A stretch of DNA of 64,000 nt, from the NCBI RefSeq assembly GCF_902713615.1, contig NW_024055500.1, forward strand, positions 62,001 through 126,000. The letters are read 5' to 3'. The notes beneath the pieces were generated by a model. That model saw nothing but the letters and a program-made list of their open reading frames with translations, had not been told where the DNA came from and did not search any database. Position 1 is the stretch's first letter. Every line of letters begins with the position of its first letter. This document shows positions 60,780 through 64,000 of the stretch, piece by piece. The position numbers were made by a program, and so were the translations under genes. Source of the stretch: Scyliorhinus canicula. Lineage: Eukaryota.

Positions 60780-63028
60780 ATTCACAGACACTTAGAGAGA
60801 GTCACAGACACTTAGAGAGTCACAGACACTGAGTGAGATTCACAGACACTGAGAGAGTCATAGGCACTGAGAGATTCTGAGGCATTTAGAGAGATTCACA
60901 GACATTTAGAGAGATTCACAGACACTTAGAGAGAATCACAGACACTTAGAGAGATTCACAGGCACTGAGAGAGTCACAGGCACTGAGAGAGAGTCACAGA
61001 CACAGAGAGATTCAGAGACATTTTGAGAGATTCACAGACACTTCGAGTGATTCACAAACACTGAGAGAGATTCACAGACATTTAGAGAGATTCGGACACT
61101 TGGAGAGATTCACAGACACTGAGAGAGATTCACAGACACTGAGAGATTCAGACACTTAGAAAGATTAACATACACCCAGAGAGAGAGTCACAGACACTTA
61201 GAGAGAGTCACAGACACTGAGAGAGAGTCACAGACACTTAGAGAGAGTCACAGACACTGAGAGAGAGTCACAGACACTGAGAGAGAGTCACAGACACTGA
61301 GAGAGAGTCACAGACACATAGAGAGATTCAGAGACACAGAGAGATTCAGAGACACTTAGAGAGATTCAAACATTTAGAGAGATTCACAGACACTTAGAGA
61401 GAATCACAGACACCACGCACACACGGGGAGGACGTGCAGACTCCGCACAGACAGTGACCCAGCCGGACCCTGGAGCTGTGAAGCATTTATGCTAACCACC
61501 ATGCTACCGTGCTGCCCTTAGATACATAGACACTTAGAGAGATTCACAGACACTTAGAGAGATTCACATACACTGAGAGAGAGTCACAGACACTTAGAGA
61601 GAGTCACAGACACTTAGAGAGATTCACAGACACTGAGAGAGAGTCACAGACACTTAGAGAGAGTCACAGACACTGAGAGAGAGTCACAGGCACTGAGAGA
61701 GTCACAGACACATAGAGAGAGTCACAGACACTGAGAGAGAGTCACAGACACATAGAGAGAGTCACAGACACTGAGAGAGAGTCACAGACACTTAGAGAGA
61801 GTCACAGACACGTAGAGAGTCACAGACACTGAGAGAGAGTCACAGACACTGAGAGAGAGTCACAGACACATAGAGAGAGTCACAGACACTGAGAGAGAGT
61901 CACAGACACATAGAGAGAGTCACAGACACTGAGAGAGAGTCACAGACACATAGAGAGAGTTACAGACACTGAGAGAGAGTCACAGACACTGAGAGAGAGT
62001 CACAGACACTGAGAGAGAGTCACAGACACATAGAGAGAGTTACAGACACTGAGAGAGAGTCACAGACACTGAGAGAGAGAGTCACAGACACTGAGAGAGA
62101 GTCACAAACACTTAGAGAGAGTCACAGACACTTAGAGAGAGACACAGGCACTGAGAGAGAGTCACAGACACTTAGAGAGAGACACAGGCACTGAGAGAGA
62201 GTCACAGACGCCAAGAGATTCAGAGACATTTAGAGAGATTCGGGCACTTAGAGAGATTCACAGACACTGAGAGAGAGTCACAGACACTGAGAGAGATTCA
62301 GACACTTAGAGAGATTCACAGACACTGAGAGATTCACAGACACTGAGAGAGAGTCACAGACACTTAGAGAGAGTCACAGACACTGAGAGAGAGTCACAGA
62401 CACTGAGAGAGAGTCACAGACACATAGAGAGAGTCACAGACACTTAGAGAGATTCAGACACATAGAGAGAGTCACAGACACTGAGAGAGAGTCACGGACA
62501 CATAGAGAGAGTCACAGACACTTAGAGAGATTCAGACACATAGAGAGAGTCACAGACACTGAGAGAGAGTCACAGACACATAGAGAGAGTCACAGACACT
62601 GAGAGAGATACAGACACTTAGAGAGATTCACAGACACTGAGAGAGAGTCACAGACACTTAGAGAGAGTCACAGACACTGAGAGAGAGTCACAGACACTGA
62701 GAGAGTGTAACAGACACATAGAGAGATTCACAGACACTTAGAGAGATTCACAGACACTGAGAGAGATTCACAGACACTGAGAGAGAGTCACAGACACTGA
62801 GAGAGATTCAGACACTTAGAGAGATTCACAGACACTGAGAGAGAGTCACAGACACTTAGAGAGAGTCACAGACACAGAGAGATTCAGACACTTAGAGAGA
62901 TTCACAGACACTGAGAGAGAGTCACAGACACATAGAGAGAGTCACAGACACAGAGAGATTCACACACACTGAGAGAGAGTCACAGACACAGAGAAATTCA
63001 GACACTTAGAAAGATTCACAGACACACT
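60780..63028. repeat. ~20-nt minisatellite (CACAGACACTGAGAGAGAGT)n
   Basis: About 100 degenerate copies, interrupted by a SINE fragment at ~61412-61518. Confidence 0.95.
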
Positions 63029-63329
63029 GACCGATGCGTTAACACACTAAACAGATATATGGTCACTACACAGATGGATATGTAGACACACCAACTGATG
63101 GATTATCAACCGAAGGAGATTTGGAGGGGATTTGTGGAGAAGTCCTTTTGTCCCATGGGGTACAGGGAGATTGGAAGCCACTGAATGAATGGCTGACAGA
63201 GGAGGAATCCTCAGCACATTTAAGAAGCATTTCAAACGCCATAGCAGATAAGGTTAAGGGGAAATGCTGGAAACAGGAATTCAGAGCGGATGGGTGTTTG
63301 ATGATCCCTAACCATAGTTTGTGTCACAA

Positions 63330-63395
63330 CATCTGACGAAGGAGCAGTGCACCGAAAGCTTGCGATTTCACATCAACCTGTTGGACTTTAACCTT
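63330..63395 (+). mobile_element. Degenerate Penelope pLTR/hammerhead fragment
   Basis: CTGACGAAGGAGCAGTGCACCGAAAGCT...CAACCTGTTGGACTTTAACC. Confidence 0.65.
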
Positions 63396-63784
63396 GGGAG
63401 ACTTCTCTGTCTGCAGCCTGAAACCCCCCCTTGCAGTGTCGGGTGGAGAGCGGTAGATGGCGCCTTCGCCCGTGGATTTGTGGCGCCTCCACCCGCCCAA
63501 TCCATCGCGCGGTGGATTAACACCAGCAATGTGTGGGTGTCGATATGGTGATTATTTTCTTTATGAATTTAGAGTACCCGATTCATTTTTTCCAATTAAG
63601 GGGCAATTTAGCGTGGCCAATACACCAACTCTGCACATCTTTGGGTTGTGGGGGCGAAACCCACACAGACACGGGGAGAATGTGCAAACTCCACACGGTC
63701 AGCGACCCATAGCCGGGATCGAACTTGGGACCTCAGCGCCGTGAGGCTGCAGTGCTAACCCACTGAGACACCGTGCTGCCTCTG

Positions 63785-64000
63785 ATGTGGTCATTATCAC
63801 CAATGAGAATGCGCTGGATTTGGTTAATAGAGACTTGGTTGACACTGACTCTGCATTGATGAGGATGTGGTCGAGTGTTGACAGTGTCTCCCAGTTCAGG
63901 CAGCCAATAGTGTGTGTCTTGTCAAACCCGCCCTCTCTGTACAAACCCTTGCAAGTGGAGGATGAGGATCCATCAATCTGCCCAGCGCTCTGTTCAGTGA
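63785..64000 (-). mobile_element. LINE endonuclease C-terminal fragment
   Basis: TLDHILINAESV... followed in another frame by IGDNDH, resembling the APE SDH motif. Confidence 0.55.

Overview
Eukaryotic, repeat-rich cartilaginous-fish (elasmobranch, probably catshark-like) genomic DNA. The lineage call rests on recognising HE1/V-SINEs, HER1/CR1 LINEs, Deu-type SINEs, Rex1/Babar and Penelope elements. No prokaryotic features and no CRISPR array are present. Layout: (1) 1-14.4 kb, an old tandem duplication of a unit with decayed coding-like minus-strand sequence, the second copy split by a stack of CR1 + Rex1/Babar + SINE; (2) 14.4-31.5 kb, LINE/SINE debris, a Penelope remnant with inverted pseudo-LTRs carrying minimal hammerhead ribozymes, two assembly gaps and a ~78-nt minisatellite; (3) ~31.6-54.7 kb, a mosaic tandem array of 23 tRNA genes/pseudogenes (14 Val-body, 5 Arg, 4 Pro) built from two unit types of ~2.3 and ~2.45 kb; (4) 55.8-60.7 kb, two T-cell-receptor alpha/delta-type V segments with 23-bp-spacer RSSs, one complete with CTCF-like site, TATA and leader, the other with no detectable leader and two extra cysteines; (5) a 2.2-kb 20-nt minisatellite. 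Most notable: tRNA-Pro(TGG) genes with a canonical-position 18-nt intron, two intact-fold tRNA-Val bodies with a TAT (Ile) anticodon, the leaderless double-Cys V segment, and a tRNA array abutting an antigen-receptor V region. All calls are by eye; coordinates of degenerate repeats are approximate.
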